Origin: Patescibacteria group bacterium
GTDB lineage: Bacteria > Patescibacteriota > Microgenomatia > UBA12405
Direction: 5' to 3'
Assembly: GCA_018902845.1 (NCBI GenBank)
Contig: JAHIPV010000020.1
Span: 74,810 to 138,809 of the forward strand
DNA length: 64,000 nucleotides
Positions 8,105-17,696 of this stretch are shown here, one piece after another. The position numbers and the translations under genes are program-made. How positions within the stretch are numbered: position 1 is the stretch's first letter; each line of letters starts with the position of its first letter. A model generated the notes under the pieces. It was given only the letters and a program-made list of their open reading frames with translations, was not told the DNA's origin and ran no database searches.

Positions 8105-9913
8105 TTATTTTGGGAGGTTATGAGATCCCTCCACTTCGGTCGGGATGACAGAAGTTTGGTAGGCATAGAAGGTGGAAATATTATTAATTGGAGATAATTG
8201 TATTAATTTAGAAAAATCAGTTGATTTATCTATACCAAGGCGAATTATTTCTTGGTGTGAATAAATTACCAAAGTATTTTGTTGGCTTTTGATGAATTGG
8301 AAATCTGGTGCATGAAAGATAATGTTGTCGAGTTTTTCAATTTTACCTGTATCCCCTACTTGGTTTTTTGTCAAAAATGCTTGTTGTTGATATTTAAGAG
8401 GTGGATATTTTGAATAAAAAAGATAGTAGATGTATGGTTGGTTGTAGAAATCGGTAAAATATATATTGTCATATTTATTTTGATTTTTGATTAAATATTG
8501 AATTGATTCTTCGTAGCCGTATAAAAAGTCTTGAGGTGATTTTTTGGTCATATGGTTTAGGTATAGATCTGAATAGTAAAAAAAAGAGAAAAAATAGACA
8601 GTAATGAGCAAAAAGTAAAAAGTAAAGAAAATTGATTTATGACCGTGCCTACCGGCAGGCAGGTTTATGAAATATGATTTATGAATAAAACTTAAAAAAG
8701 AATTGAGGCCAAGAGAAATAAAGAAAACTATGGGGATGGAGAGGGACATGGTGCGGGTGGCTTGGATGGAATCACGGGTAAGAGAAGCGGGAATGGGGGC
8801 GATGAGAAGCCAGAATAGGAAGAAGATGGAAAGCGTTGAAAACGAAAGTGAATGAAAAATTCCAATGAGAAGAAAAATTATACTGGGGTAAAGAATAACA
8901 CCGATATAAGGAGCTGAGTGGCGGGGATTTTGCCAATCGCCTTGGAAAATAAGAAATTTAGGCGAAAAGTGATTAAAATAGCGGTTTAAAAAATTTCGTA
9001 GAAAAAAGATTGGTTGATTGTAAAAAATTTGATAGTCCAGTTTATTGCCTTCGGAGATAATTGTTTCAGTTTCTTGTTGGCTTCTGGGATAAGAAAAAAG
9101 ACTTAAGACTTTTAGACGATTAGTGTCAGATGAAAATAAGAGGCCATAAATAATGGGAAGGGAAAGAAGAAAGAGAGGAAGAATGAAGTGTTTTAAAAAT
9201 TTATTTTTGTTTTTTTGTATTTTCCCCCTGCGGGTGACTGCGTTGACATTTGTTTTTAAATTAATTGAAAACAAAATAAATATCAAAAACAGACTGATCA
9301 TTTTGGCTGACTGATAGGTGTATAGAGAAAGTGAAAAGGCAAGAGACGAGAGTAAAAAATAATTGTTTTTTTTAATGTTCCCCCTGCGGGTGACTGCGTT
9401 TTCGCTTGTGATGGCTTTGAAAAAAAAATAGGAAGCCAGAATTAATTGGAATGTAAGAATATTGGTTTCCCAGGCTCCCCTACTGTAGTGAATGTTGTAT
9501 GGATTGAAGGCTAATATCAGAGCTGATATTAGAGCTAAGTTGCGTGTTTTCTTGTTTTTGGGATTAATTTGGGTGATGAGCAAATACAAAAACAAAGGTG
9601 TTAATGAGCCTAAAATAATTGATGGCAGACGGACTGAAAGCGGATTAAGGCCGAATATGGCCACAAATGGAACAGTAAGATAGATATAAAAACCTGGTTT
9701 GTAGTCTCCAAAAGATTTAAAAATTAATGGCAAGAATTCACCATATTCGTCTTTGCCGGTTTTGAGAATTGAATAAGCGTTATAGCCGATAGCAGTTTCG
9801 TCCCAAAGTAAGGGTGGATACGAATTTGTTTTGTAAATTCTTATAAAAAAAGCTGTGAGGGTGATTAAAAGAAGGATTATTTTGGTTTTTTTATTCATAG
9901 GCAATGATTTCAA
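8105..9913 (-). CDS. GT39/ArnT-like GT-C membrane glycosyltransferase paralog
   Basis: WDETAIGYNAYSILKTGKDEYGEFLPLIFKSFGDYKPGFY..SVRLPSIILG. Two copies of the CCCCCTGCGGGTGACTGCG repeat are read as NAVTRRG (9234..9267, 9379..9410). The C-terminus EVEGSH comes from the repeat at 8117..8150. Confidence 0.7.
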   Translation of the reverse strand: MKSLPMNKKTKIILLLITLTAFFIRIYKTNSYPPLLWDETAIGYNAYSILKTGKDEYGEFLPLIFKSFGDYKPGFYIYLTVPFVAIFGLNPLSVRLPSIILGSLTPLFLYLLITQINPKNKKTRNLALISALILAFNPYNIHYSRGAWETNILTFQLILASYFFFKAITSENAVTRRGNIKKNNYFLLSSLAFSLSLYTYQSAKMISLFLIFILFSINLKTNVNAVTRRGKIQKNKNKFLKHFILPLFLLSLPIIYGLLFSSDTNRLKVLSLFSYPRSQQETETIISEGNKLDYQIFYNQPIFFLRNFLNRYFNHFSPKFLIFQGDWQNPRHSAPYIGVILYPSIIFLLIGIFHSLSFSTLSIFFLFWLLIAPIPASLTRDSIQATRTMSLSIPIVFFISLGLNSFLSFIHKSYFINLPAGRHGHKSIFFTFYFLLITVYFFSFFYYSDLYLNHMTKKSPQDFLYGYEESIQYLIKNQNKYDNIYFTDFYNQPYIYYLFYSKYPPLKYQQQAFLTKNQVGDTGKIEKLDNIIFHAPDFQFIKSQQNTLVIYSHQEIIRLGIDKSTDFSKLIQLSPINNISTFYAYQTSVIPTEVEGSHNLPK

Positions 9914-11549
9914 AAGCCGGGGTGTTGTCTAAAAAATTAATTGTTTTTAACAGTTTAGCGTCCCCCTGCGGGTGATTGGCATTTGTTTGTGGATAGTTGT
10001 TAGGAGAAGTAATGAGGAGAGTGGATGTACGAGAGGATCCTTCGACAAGCTCAGGATGACGAGGAACGATTTCCCAGTCATTTATAAATTTAAATTTATC
10101 AAAGGCATCGACCCAGTACCAATTAGCGTGATAATCCCAAACTTTATTGGGATCAGATTGATAAGTCTCTGGATCCCATGGCCAATAAAAGAGAACGAAT
10201 TCATGTGCTTCGCCGTATTTTTTGGTAAAGTAGATTTGATCATATTCTGAATAGTTTTCTTTTATAAAATCAATGGCTTGTTTATAACCATATTGCCATG
10301 ATTGTGAATATTTTTGGGGATAAAAATTAATATATTTGTTCCAATAAGAAAAGAATTGTAGAAATAGACCAAGAGAAATGATTGGCAAAAGTTTTGGCAT
10401 AAATTCAAGTCCCAGCGCAATCAAGATGTATGGAATTGGAAGTATACTAACAGCGCGGATAATGGGAAAATCCCCTGACGTAAGGGCCGAAGGGAGGAGT
10501 CCTATGATAAACCAAAGAAGAATTAGTTTTTTATTGTTTGGTGAAAGTTTGTTAAGCGATAAAATGCCAATATAAAAGAAAGGTAAACAAATCGAATAAA
10601 GAATGCCTGTGTTGGGAATATTAAACTGATAATTACCCGTTCCTTTGAAAAAGAGTAAATACGGATTAAGAAAGTTTATGTAGTTTGTAATAAATTTGGG
10701 AATAAAGTAAGTAAGCTTGTTGTGAACAAGACGGGCGAAAAAGGGCGATAGGGTGGATTGGCCTCTTTGGTGGTTAATAATATTAATGGCATCTTGATTG
10801 AGAATAAAAGTCCAACGAGAACGGGCTTGAGAATCTGGAAGACTTAAATTAATTAGCTGGGGTATGGTAAAGATTAGAAAAATGGCCATAGAGATTAAAA
10901 CTGTGTTTTTGTGTTTTTTGAATAGTGCTGAAGTTTGTTTTTTATAGATAAAAAGAATTATTGGTACAAGCAAAGGGATAACTATGCGGGTGTTGTGATA
11001 GGCGTATTGAGATAAAGCTAAAAAAACAGAAGAATAGATGAGGAGTGTTTTTTTTTGTTGTTTTAGGGTGTAAAGCAACAAGGTGATGCCACCGATAAGA
11101 AAAAAGGAAGAAATAGTGGATTGAAAAACAGCCCTGGAAGGGAATAAGCTCCAGGGGGAAACGGCACTAAGTAGTGTGACAAAAAGAGCCAATTTTTCTT
11201 TTTTTAAAATAAGCTTGGCAAGAAAATAGGTTGGAATTAAAGTAAGGGCGCCAAGCAGAGCTGATGGCAGACGAGAAGTGAATGCGTTTATTCCGAAGTA
11301 TTTAACCAAAGGAAGTGTTAGATACATGTTTAAAGTAGTGGGGAAATCGCCATAGGCGCGAAAGTTAAAAATTGGCCAAGAGACTCCCCACTGATCTTTG
11401 CCTGTTTTAGCGAGACTGTAGGCGTTATAGGTATGGCTAATTTCGTCCCAATTTAAGGAGGGAGGGAATTGATCAAGTTTGTATAGTCGAAGAAAAAGAG
11501 AAAAGATAAAAATAATTATGAATAAAATTTGGTGAGTTTTAATTTTCAT
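9891..11549 (-). CDS. GT39/ArnT-like GT-C membrane glycosyltransferase paralog
   Basis: NWDEISHTYNAYSLAKTGKDQWG..AFTSRLPSALLG. The C-terminus carries repeat-derived PRHPELVEGS (10034..10061) plus 9962..9990. The 3' end overlaps the start of the 8105..9913 gene. Confidence 0.7.
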   Translation of the reverse strand: MKIKTHQILFIIIFIFSLFLRLYKLDQFPPSLNWDEISHTYNAYSLAKTGKDQWGVSWPIFNFRAYGDFPTTLNMYLTLPLVKYFGINAFTSRLPSALLGALTLIPTYFLAKLILKKEKLALFVTLLSAVSPWSLFPSRAVFQSTISSFFLIGGITLLLYTLKQQKKTLLIYSSVFLALSQYAYHNTRIVIPLLVPIILFIYKKQTSALFKKHKNTVLISMAIFLIFTIPQLINLSLPDSQARSRWTFILNQDAINIINHQRGQSTLSPFFARLVHNKLTYFIPKFITNYINFLNPYLLFFKGTGNYQFNIPNTGILYSICLPFFYIGILSLNKLSPNNKKLILLWFIIGLLPSALTSGDFPIIRAVSILPIPYILIALGLEFMPKLLPIISLGLFLQFFSYWNKYINFYPQKYSQSWQYGYKQAIDFIKENYSEYDQIYFTKKYGEAHEFVLFYWPWDPETYQSDPNKVWDYHANWYWVDAFDKFKFINDWEIVPRHPELVEGSSRTSTLLITSPNNYPQTNANHPQGDAKLLKTINFLDNTPAFEIIAYE

Positions 11550-13225
11550 CGATTAGTAAGGAGATCCTTCGTCCGACTAATCGGGTTCAGGATGACGAGT
11601 AAGGTTAACAAAGTGATGATACTAATAGTATTGGCCACGGTTCTTATTGGTGTATTTTTTAGTTTAAGAGTTAGAGTATGGTCGCCTTTTGGTAGTTTGA
11701 GTTGGATAAGGCCAAGGTCCGGCGTGATTGTGATTGGCAGTTTTTGGTTATTTTGGTTATAGATTTGCCAATTGGGAAAATAAACCATAGGAAAAGTAAT
11801 GGTGGCAAATTCTGAATCGACTGTAATGGAAATATCGGCCCTGTTGCTGGTTTTATTAAATGAATTTAAGGTAATTTTGTCTAGCGAAAATGGTTTTGGG
11901 GGAGCAAATTCCGGTGGAAATTGATTGCCAGAATTAGGCCAATAATCTTTTAGTCCGGCACCGCTTTGGCGAATTATTTCTTGTTTGTTTAATTTATCTT
12001 TATCAGTTAAGTTTGAATACCAGATATCTTCTTTGAAATATTTTATGTTAAGAATTATGGTGGCGGTGCTTATTAATATAAGCCATAATTGTCTTTGGTT
12101 TTTTGGAATTAGGCTAATTAATGATGCTGAGATAAAAGATAGAGAAAAAATTGCTATACCCAAAAAGCGCCAAGGAAATTGAAAGTATGCCATAAAAGGA
12201 AAAAGTTTCCATATAAAAATGGAACGTGGATGGGTTAAAAAAAGCGAGATTAAAGACAAAAGAGCGAAAAAAATAAGAATTGGAATATTTTTTATTGGTT
12301 TTTTATTTGTTTTAAGTAAAAATAAGATAAAGCAAATTAGTGGAACTAGCCAATGTATGTATCCAATCTGAAAAGACATATCGTCAATTGGCCCCCAAAG
12401 GGAAGCGCCAAAACCCCAGTCATGGCTAAAAAATAATTGTTTTAGAGTTGTAAAATGGGCTTCGTAATTAAAATATCCCTGTGTCATGGTTTGAATGGTT
12501 ACTAGTTTTTTTTCCAAAAGTGCCGGGATGATAAAAAACGAAGATAGGCCTAAACTTAGGAAAATAGGAAGAAAAAGTTTGAATCGAATTTGTTTTTGGT
12601 AAAAAAAGATATATAAAATGAGGATGGGGATGGTGACTAGTGATATTAGATTGTGGCAAAGGAATAGAGATGATAAAAGTATTGTTGATACAAGCAAGTT
12701 TTTTTTAGAGGATTTTTGGAGATATTTAGTGATTGACCAAAAAACGAAAGGTAGCAGTGAGAGAGCAAAAAATTCTGCCAATGCTCCCCTGACATATCCA
12801 TCAACGGCCCTATATGGGGCAAAAAGATAGAGAATGGTGGAGAGAAGAGCACCTTTTTGACCCCAAAAGAGTTTAGAAAAAAGAAAAATGCCGATGCCGG
12901 CTGACAAGTGGCCCAGTACAAAAGTAAGTTTGATGCTATTTATCAGGCTAAGGCCAAAAAGATGAAAAGTTTCGGCGATGATGTAGACAAAGGGTGGATA
13001 AAAATTGAAGAGTGGGTAACCGTATCCAAATCCCCCGTTGGATATAAAACGGCAAGGGATTTGCAGGTCTTTGATACATTGATCAAACTGTTGAAGACGA
13101 AATATGTGAACATCGTCTTGCATGGAGAAATATCCGGATCGAAAAAGTCGGAAACAGGTGAGAAAAGATATGGTTAATATGAAGATATATGGCAATAAAA
13201 ATTTCTTTTTAAAAAAGCATTTCAC
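11546..13225 (-). CDS. Polytopic GT-C-like membrane protein, PTPS-related/DUF-type (paralog of 28994..30892)
   Basis: Conserved block MQDDVHIFRLQQFDQCIKDLQIPCRF..GYGYPLFNFYPP shared with the 28994..30892 protein. The C-terminal 15 aa are encoded by the repeat at 11561..11597. Confidence 0.55.
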   Translation of the reverse strand: MKCFFKKKFLLPYIFILTISFLTCFRLFRSGYFSMQDDVHIFRLQQFDQCIKDLQIPCRFISNGGFGYGYPLFNFYPPFVYIIAETFHLFGLSLINSIKLTFVLGHLSAGIGIFLFSKLFWGQKGALLSTILYLFAPYRAVDGYVRGALAEFFALSLLPFVFWSITKYLQKSSKKNLLVSTILLSSLFLCHNLISLVTIPILILYIFFYQKQIRFKLFLPIFLSLGLSSFFIIPALLEKKLVTIQTMTQGYFNYEAHFTTLKQLFFSHDWGFGASLWGPIDDMSFQIGYIHWLVPLICFILFLLKTNKKPIKNIPILIFFALLSLISLFLTHPRSIFIWKLFPFMAYFQFPWRFLGIAIFSLSFISASLISLIPKNQRQLWLILISTATIILNIKYFKEDIWYSNLTDKDKLNKQEIIRQSGAGLKDYWPNSGNQFPPEFAPPKPFSLDKITLNSFNKTSNRADISITVDSEFATITFPMVYFPNWQIYNQNNQKLPITITPDLGLIQLKLPKGDHTLTLKLKNTPIRTVANTISIITLLTLLVILNPISRTKDLLTNR

Positions 13226-13247
13226 AGGTTAATTATATATGTTTGGA

Positions 13248-14954
13248 TTAGTCGTTGGCTATCGAAGTTTTGTAGATATAGATGGCTGGGGTTTGGGAGG
13301 TGGCGTAGGGATAGTAGATGATTTTGTCTATTTTGGTTGAGACAGGGAATTCTTCCGGTTTGCCGATTAAAATTGTGTCTGGTTCTAAACTATCGGCGGC
13401 AAAAGTTAATTCTCTAAATATAAAATTATCCAGTTTGTATTCACCAAGCTGATCCAAGAAAGATAATCCCTTTTCGTCATATTTAAGCCAATTTATTGAT
13501 TCTTGCTGAGTTAGTTTTGGTGCAATTTTCATAAAAAAAGAAGCATAGGCTTGTGGTTCTGAGAGTTTGCGGGAGTAAATTATCTGAGAAGGTTTTTCTT
13601 TTTGAACGTATTTTATGGCTTCTTTATGACCATAAAGCATGCCGTGGGCTAGAATTTGATTGCCACGATAAAAATAAGTGCTAAGAAAATCTAGATTATA
13701 GAAAATAAATATTGATGCCAAGAGAATTAAAGTAGCTTTTTTGATTTGTCTTTGAGAGATTTTTTGGTAAAAAAGATAAAGACCGGTGACAGAAAAAATT
13801 TGAATAAATGGAATCATGATTGAAGCCCGGTTTCCAAACATTTGGCCCTTAGCTAGAGTGGCGGGAATTGGAGTTAAAAGGATTAGGGGGAGTAAAAAAA
13901 GTAGTTGGGAGTGATAGATATTGTGCTTTTTTGAAAAAATAGAAGTTAGTGAAACGAGAAGTCCTAAAAACAAAAGTGGATTAAGGACTCCAAAACTTGG
14001 AATCATGCCGTAGTCGGTTTCTGAGGCCCCGTTTGTAAGTAAAAACTGGGGAGAGAAATAAGAAAAATAGTTTTGGAAAAATATTTTTGTTGTGTAGATA
14101 AACTTGTTGTTAAAAATTCTGCTAATTTGAGTTGGCAGGCCATTTTGAATAGTTTGAAATTGTTGGTCGGAAACAGATTGCCACTTGTCGGTAGGGTTAA
14201 ATATGACAATATCCGAAGTTCTGGTGGAGTTGGAATTAAAAAAGTTGATAGTAAGAAATAAGAAAATGACAGAATAGAAAACTAAATATGGTTTGAGGTT
14301 TGAGAATATTTCTCCCCCTTCGGGTGACTGCGCCGTTGCTTGCCTTTTTTTGTAAACGGAGATTAATATAATAACCAGAGGGACAAGGGCTTTGGTGGAA
14401 TGGTAAGAGAAAGAAGCAAGAATTAAAAGAATGGCTGAAATGATTAAATTTTTACAAGATTTTGTTGAATTGGTAGAGCGCAGAAAAAAGAAAAGGCCAA
14501 GAGAAACAAAAAATACGTGAAGATTGGCTTCAAGAGCCAACCGAGACATTGGCAGGTGCCATGGTGAAAGACTTAAAAAAAGGGCAGAAAGAAGTGGAAT
14601 GGCGATTGTTCGTTTAAAGAGTTGTTTGGTAAAAAGAAAAACAGCAATAATTGAGAGAGATGAAAATAGGGCATTAGGAAAACGGGCGGCAAAAGGTGTT
14701 AGGCCGAATAATTTTATTGATGGAATCATTAGATAAGTTTGTAGGGGCGGTTTAAAGTCACCAAAGGAACGTAAAGATAATGGCCAGGGAATTCCCCACT
14801 CGTCTTTGCCGGTGTTTAAAAGCGAATAAGCAGTATAGGCTTGAGCTAATTCATCGGGACTGTAGGAACTTGGTAGAGATTCAAGTTTGTAGAATCTAAG
14901 AAAAGTACCCAAAATAAATATTAAAAATAAAATGATGTATGATTTGCGATTCAT
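13248..14954 (-). CDS. GT39/ArnT-like GT-C membrane glycosyltransferase paralog
   Basis: SPDELAQAYTAYSLLNTGKDEWGIPWPLSLRSFGDFKPP..AARFPNALFS. There is an in-frame QSPEGG repeat at 14315..14345. Confidence 0.7.
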   Translation of the reverse strand: MNRKSYIILFLIFILGTFLRFYKLESLPSSYSPDELAQAYTAYSLLNTGKDEWGIPWPLSLRSFGDFKPPLQTYLMIPSIKLFGLTPFAARFPNALFSSLSIIAVFLFTKQLFKRTIAIPLLSALFLSLSPWHLPMSRLALEANLHVFFVSLGLFFFLRSTNSTKSCKNLIISAILLILASFSYHSTKALVPLVIILISVYKKRQATAQSPEGGEIFSNLKPYLVFYSVIFLFLTINFFNSNSTRTSDIVIFNPTDKWQSVSDQQFQTIQNGLPTQISRIFNNKFIYTTKIFFQNYFSYFSPQFLLTNGASETDYGMIPSFGVLNPLLFLGLLVSLTSIFSKKHNIYHSQLLFLLPLILLTPIPATLAKGQMFGNRASIMIPFIQIFSVTGLYLFYQKISQRQIKKATLILLASIFIFYNLDFLSTYFYRGNQILAHGMLYGHKEAIKYVQKEKPSQIIYSRKLSEPQAYASFFMKIAPKLTQQESINWLKYDEKGLSFLDQLGEYKLDNFIFRELTFAADSLEPDTILIGKPEEFPVSTKIDKIIYYPYATSQTPAIYIYKTSIAND

Positions 14955-15040
14955 GATCGATAAATTCTAAATTCTAATATCTAAATTCTAAATAAATTCA
15001 AAATTCAAATGTTCAAAATTTAAAACTAATTAAAATAAAT

Positions 15041-16792
15041 TTATAATTTTTGGATTATTTGGGCGAAGATTAAATTGTTTGGTAAATAAACTGTATCGAT
15101 TGTTTTAAAACCATCTGGTGGGTTTTTGCTTAGATCCCAGTCTCCAGGAATATCCAGAAGCTGGAAAAGAACAAAAGTATCTGAGCTTTGGGCTATTTTA
15201 GCAATTTTATCTATAGTTGATGTGGCGTTCCAGTTTGTGACGAAAAAGATTTGGTCGTTTAATTTGAAGCCGGATAAATCTTGGTAAAAATTATCAACAG
15301 TTTTGTCAGTAAAATTTGATTGATGGAGTGATTGTGGCGGATATTTGCTATAAAAAAGATAATGAATTAAAGAGGTATAGTTGCTGTTGCTGATAAAAAG
15401 ACGGTTGGTGTTTGATGGTATGGATTGCATAAGTTGTTGATAGCCATATTGCCATGATTGAAAAGAATCTTTGGGATAGCGAACAAAATAATTGCGATAA
15501 TAAAAAATCATATTGATTGATAACGATGTGATTATAAGTATGGTAATAATTTTTGATTTGTTGGTGATGGCAAGAAAGCCTTTGGAGACAAAATAGATTA
15601 GTGGTGGCAGTATCAAGAAAAGTCGAGTGGCTTGAGTACCGCCGTCTATGGTAAGACTGGTGGGTATAGGAGCTATTAGTAGCCAAAAAAACATAAGTTG
15701 ATTAGCTTTGCCGTTTTTTTTGTTTTTATTAATGGAAAAAAATCCAAACAGTAGGAGTGGTAAAAAGGTGATTGGCAGAAGACCAAAATCTGATGGACTG
15801 TGGCGAGGGTTAGGATCGCCGGAACGAAAAAGAAAATTGAAAGAAAGACTTGATAAATAATTATTGGTAAAAATATTTAGTGTTTTTGTCAGTTTGTTAT
15901 AAAAAATTCTTTCTGTTTCAGAATCAGTAGCAGAAAAGCCCGTTCTTTTTGTAATTATTTCTTCTGTTATTTTTGGGTTATTAAAGATACCAATGAGTTT
16001 GAAACGATTGGCGGCTGAACCGGAAAGAATGTTTTTGGCAAGAGGAAATAAAAGGAATAGGGCCAAAAAAGCTGGTGCTTGTTTTTTAGTTGCTTGTTTT
16101 TTGATTTCTTTAAAATTTGTGAGAATGAGAAATATAACAAGAAGTGGTGTGAAAATATTGGCGGTGTTATAAGTGTAAAAAGATAGTGAAAAAATAAAAA
16201 TGGAGAGATAAAGGTAGGGGGAAAATGATTGGTTTTTTTTGAGGGATTTGTAAAAATAATAAGTGCCGGAGAGGATGAGAGTGAGGAGAAGAGAAACTTC
16301 AAAGGCGGTGCGACTGTAGTGGAAGTGCCAGTTTGATAGGCCTAGGAATACAGAAGAAAGAAGAGCCAGATTAGAGTTTTTGGTTTGGATTTTGACTAAT
16401 TTATATAAATAAACAATGGCTAGAATGGCGAAAACAACCGAAGGTAAACGAACAGCAATTGGATTAAGCCCAAAGAGTAATACAAATGGAATGGTGGTGT
16501 ACATGAGTAAAGGAGCTCGAGATTCGGCCAAAGAGTCTATATAAAAAGGTAATAAATTTCCTTTGTAGTCTTTGGCGGTTTTTAAAAGAGAATAGGCATG
16601 ATATCCAACGTCGGCTTCGTCGCCAAAAAGTGGGAGAATGTCTAGTTTGTAAAGTCTTAAAAAGATAGATATAAAAAAAATGGTAATGAGAAAAAATTTT
16701 ATGAAGATGTTGAATAGGTTTCTGGGGGATCCTTCGTCCGATGAATCGGACTCAGGATGACGAATAGGAAAAAATTTTATTTTTTGTGACAT
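15041..16792 (-). CDS. GT39/ArnT-like GT-C membrane glycosyltransferase paralog
   Basis: GDEADVGYHAYSLLKTAKDYKGNLLPFYIDSLAESRAPLLMY..AVRLPSVVFA. The start is chosen at the internal Met (MSQKIKF..) because the upstream part overlaps the GT2 gene. The N-terminal RHPESDSSDEGS comes from the repeat at 16725..16762. Confidence 0.65.
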   Translation of the reverse strand: MSQKIKFFPIRHPESDSSDEGSPRNLFNIFIKFFLITIFFISIFLRLYKLDILPLFGDEADVGYHAYSLLKTAKDYKGNLLPFYIDSLAESRAPLLMYTTIPFVLLFGLNPIAVRLPSVVFAILAIVYLYKLVKIQTKNSNLALLSSVFLGLSNWHFHYSRTAFEVSLLLTLILSGTYYFYKSLKKNQSFSPYLYLSIFIFSLSFYTYNTANIFTPLLVIFLILTNFKEIKKQATKKQAPAFLALFLLFPLAKNILSGSAANRFKLIGIFNNPKITEEIITKRTGFSATDSETERIFYNKLTKTLNIFTNNYLSSLSFNFLFRSGDPNPRHSPSDFGLLPITFLPLLLFGFFSINKNKKNGKANQLMFFWLLIAPIPTSLTIDGGTQATRLFLILPPLIYFVSKGFLAITNKSKIITILIITSLSINMIFYYRNYFVRYPKDSFQSWQYGYQQLMQSIPSNTNRLFISNSNYTSLIHYLFYSKYPPQSLHQSNFTDKTVDNFYQDLSGFKLNDQIFFVTNWNATSTIDKIAKIAQSSDTFVLFQLLDIPGDWDLSKNPPDGFKTIDTVYLPNNLIFAQIIQKL

Positions 16793-17670
16793 TTTGAAGA
16801 TAACCAGATAATAAGTGTTAACAGATAATGCTTCAAAAGACCGTGGTAAATTTTTGAGCTGGGAATAAGTCGTCGCCATTGATTTTCGGAATTGCTTAAA
16901 CTTTTTCCACTAAGGCCGTGGTAGTGAATAACTTTGCATTGTGGATAACAATAAACTTGCTTGACTGATTTGTGTATCCGGCGACAAAGGTCGAGATCTT
17001 CAAAATACATAAAATATTTTTCATTCCATTTGCCGAGTTGATCAAAGAGTTTTTTTGATATAAGAAAAGCACCGCCAGAAATGGCGTAAACAGAGGAAGG
17101 GGTTGTATCCTTGGGTATATTTTTAGTAAAGGCATATTTTTGCCCAAGCCAAAATTCTTTAAATGCGTTTAAAATAGATTGTTTTGGAAAAACAGAGGCT
17201 TGTGGGGTTTTGTTTGGATTTAAAAATTGGGGGCCAATAGCCCCAACTTTGGGACTTTTTTGAAGAAATTGAAGCATATTGACAATAGAACTATCAACTA
17301 ATTTCATGTCTGAGTTAAGAAAAAGTAAATAGTCGCCTTTGGCTTTTTTAGAGGCTATATTGTTTCCTTTGGCAAAACCGAAATTCGAAGAATTTTGAAT
17401 TAATTGGATTTTTACGTCATTCTGAGGCGAAGCCGAAGAATCTCGTTGTTGTTTTTGCCGATTCCGAGGGGATCCTTCTCCCCCTTGCGGGTGATCAGGA
17501 TGACGATGTATAAGGGTTTTTTTGATTTGATTAACAGAATTGTCTGTGGAGGCGTTGTCGGCAACGATGATTTCGTGTTTAATGTCTTTGATATATTTAA
17601 AAATTGATTTAATGCAGTTTATAGTGGCTTTGGGTGTGTTCCAGTTGAGAATGATGATGCTAAGGTCCAT
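16777..17670 (-). CDS. Glycosyltransferase family 2 with an in-frame ~90-nt repeat insertion
   Basis: IIILNWNTPKAT..IVADNASTDNS..LFLNSDM GT2 motifs. The insert at 17415..17505 encodes HRHPDHPQGGEGSPRNRQKQQRDSSASPQND. Confidence 0.75.
   Translation of the reverse strand: MDLSIIILNWNTPKATINCIKSIFKYIKDIKHEIIVADNASTDNSVNQIKKTLIHRHPDHPQGGEGSPRNRQKQQRDSSASPQNDVKIQLIQNSSNFGFAKGNNIASKKAKGDYLLFLNSDMKLVDSSIVNMLQFLQKSPKVGAIGPQFLNPNKTPQASVFPKQSILNAFKEFWLGQKYAFTKNIPKDTTPSSVYAISGGAFLISKKLFDQLGKWNEKYFMYFEDLDLCRRIHKSVKQVYCYPQCKVIHYHGLSGKSLSNSENQWRRLIPSSKIYHGLLKHYLLTLIIWLSSKCHKK
17415..17505. repeat. Long family-B variant (CGTCATTCTGAGG..GAAGAATC + GGGGATCCTTC..CAGGATGACG) in-frame in a GT2 gene
   Basis: cgtcattctgaggcgaagccgaagaatctcgttgttgtttttgccgattccgaggggatccttctcccccttgcgggtgatcaggatgacg. 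Near-identical copies occur at 24335..24450 and 63373..63452. Confidence 0.9.
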
Positions 17671-17696
17671 TGATTCGATTATAGCTTTTTTGTTTA

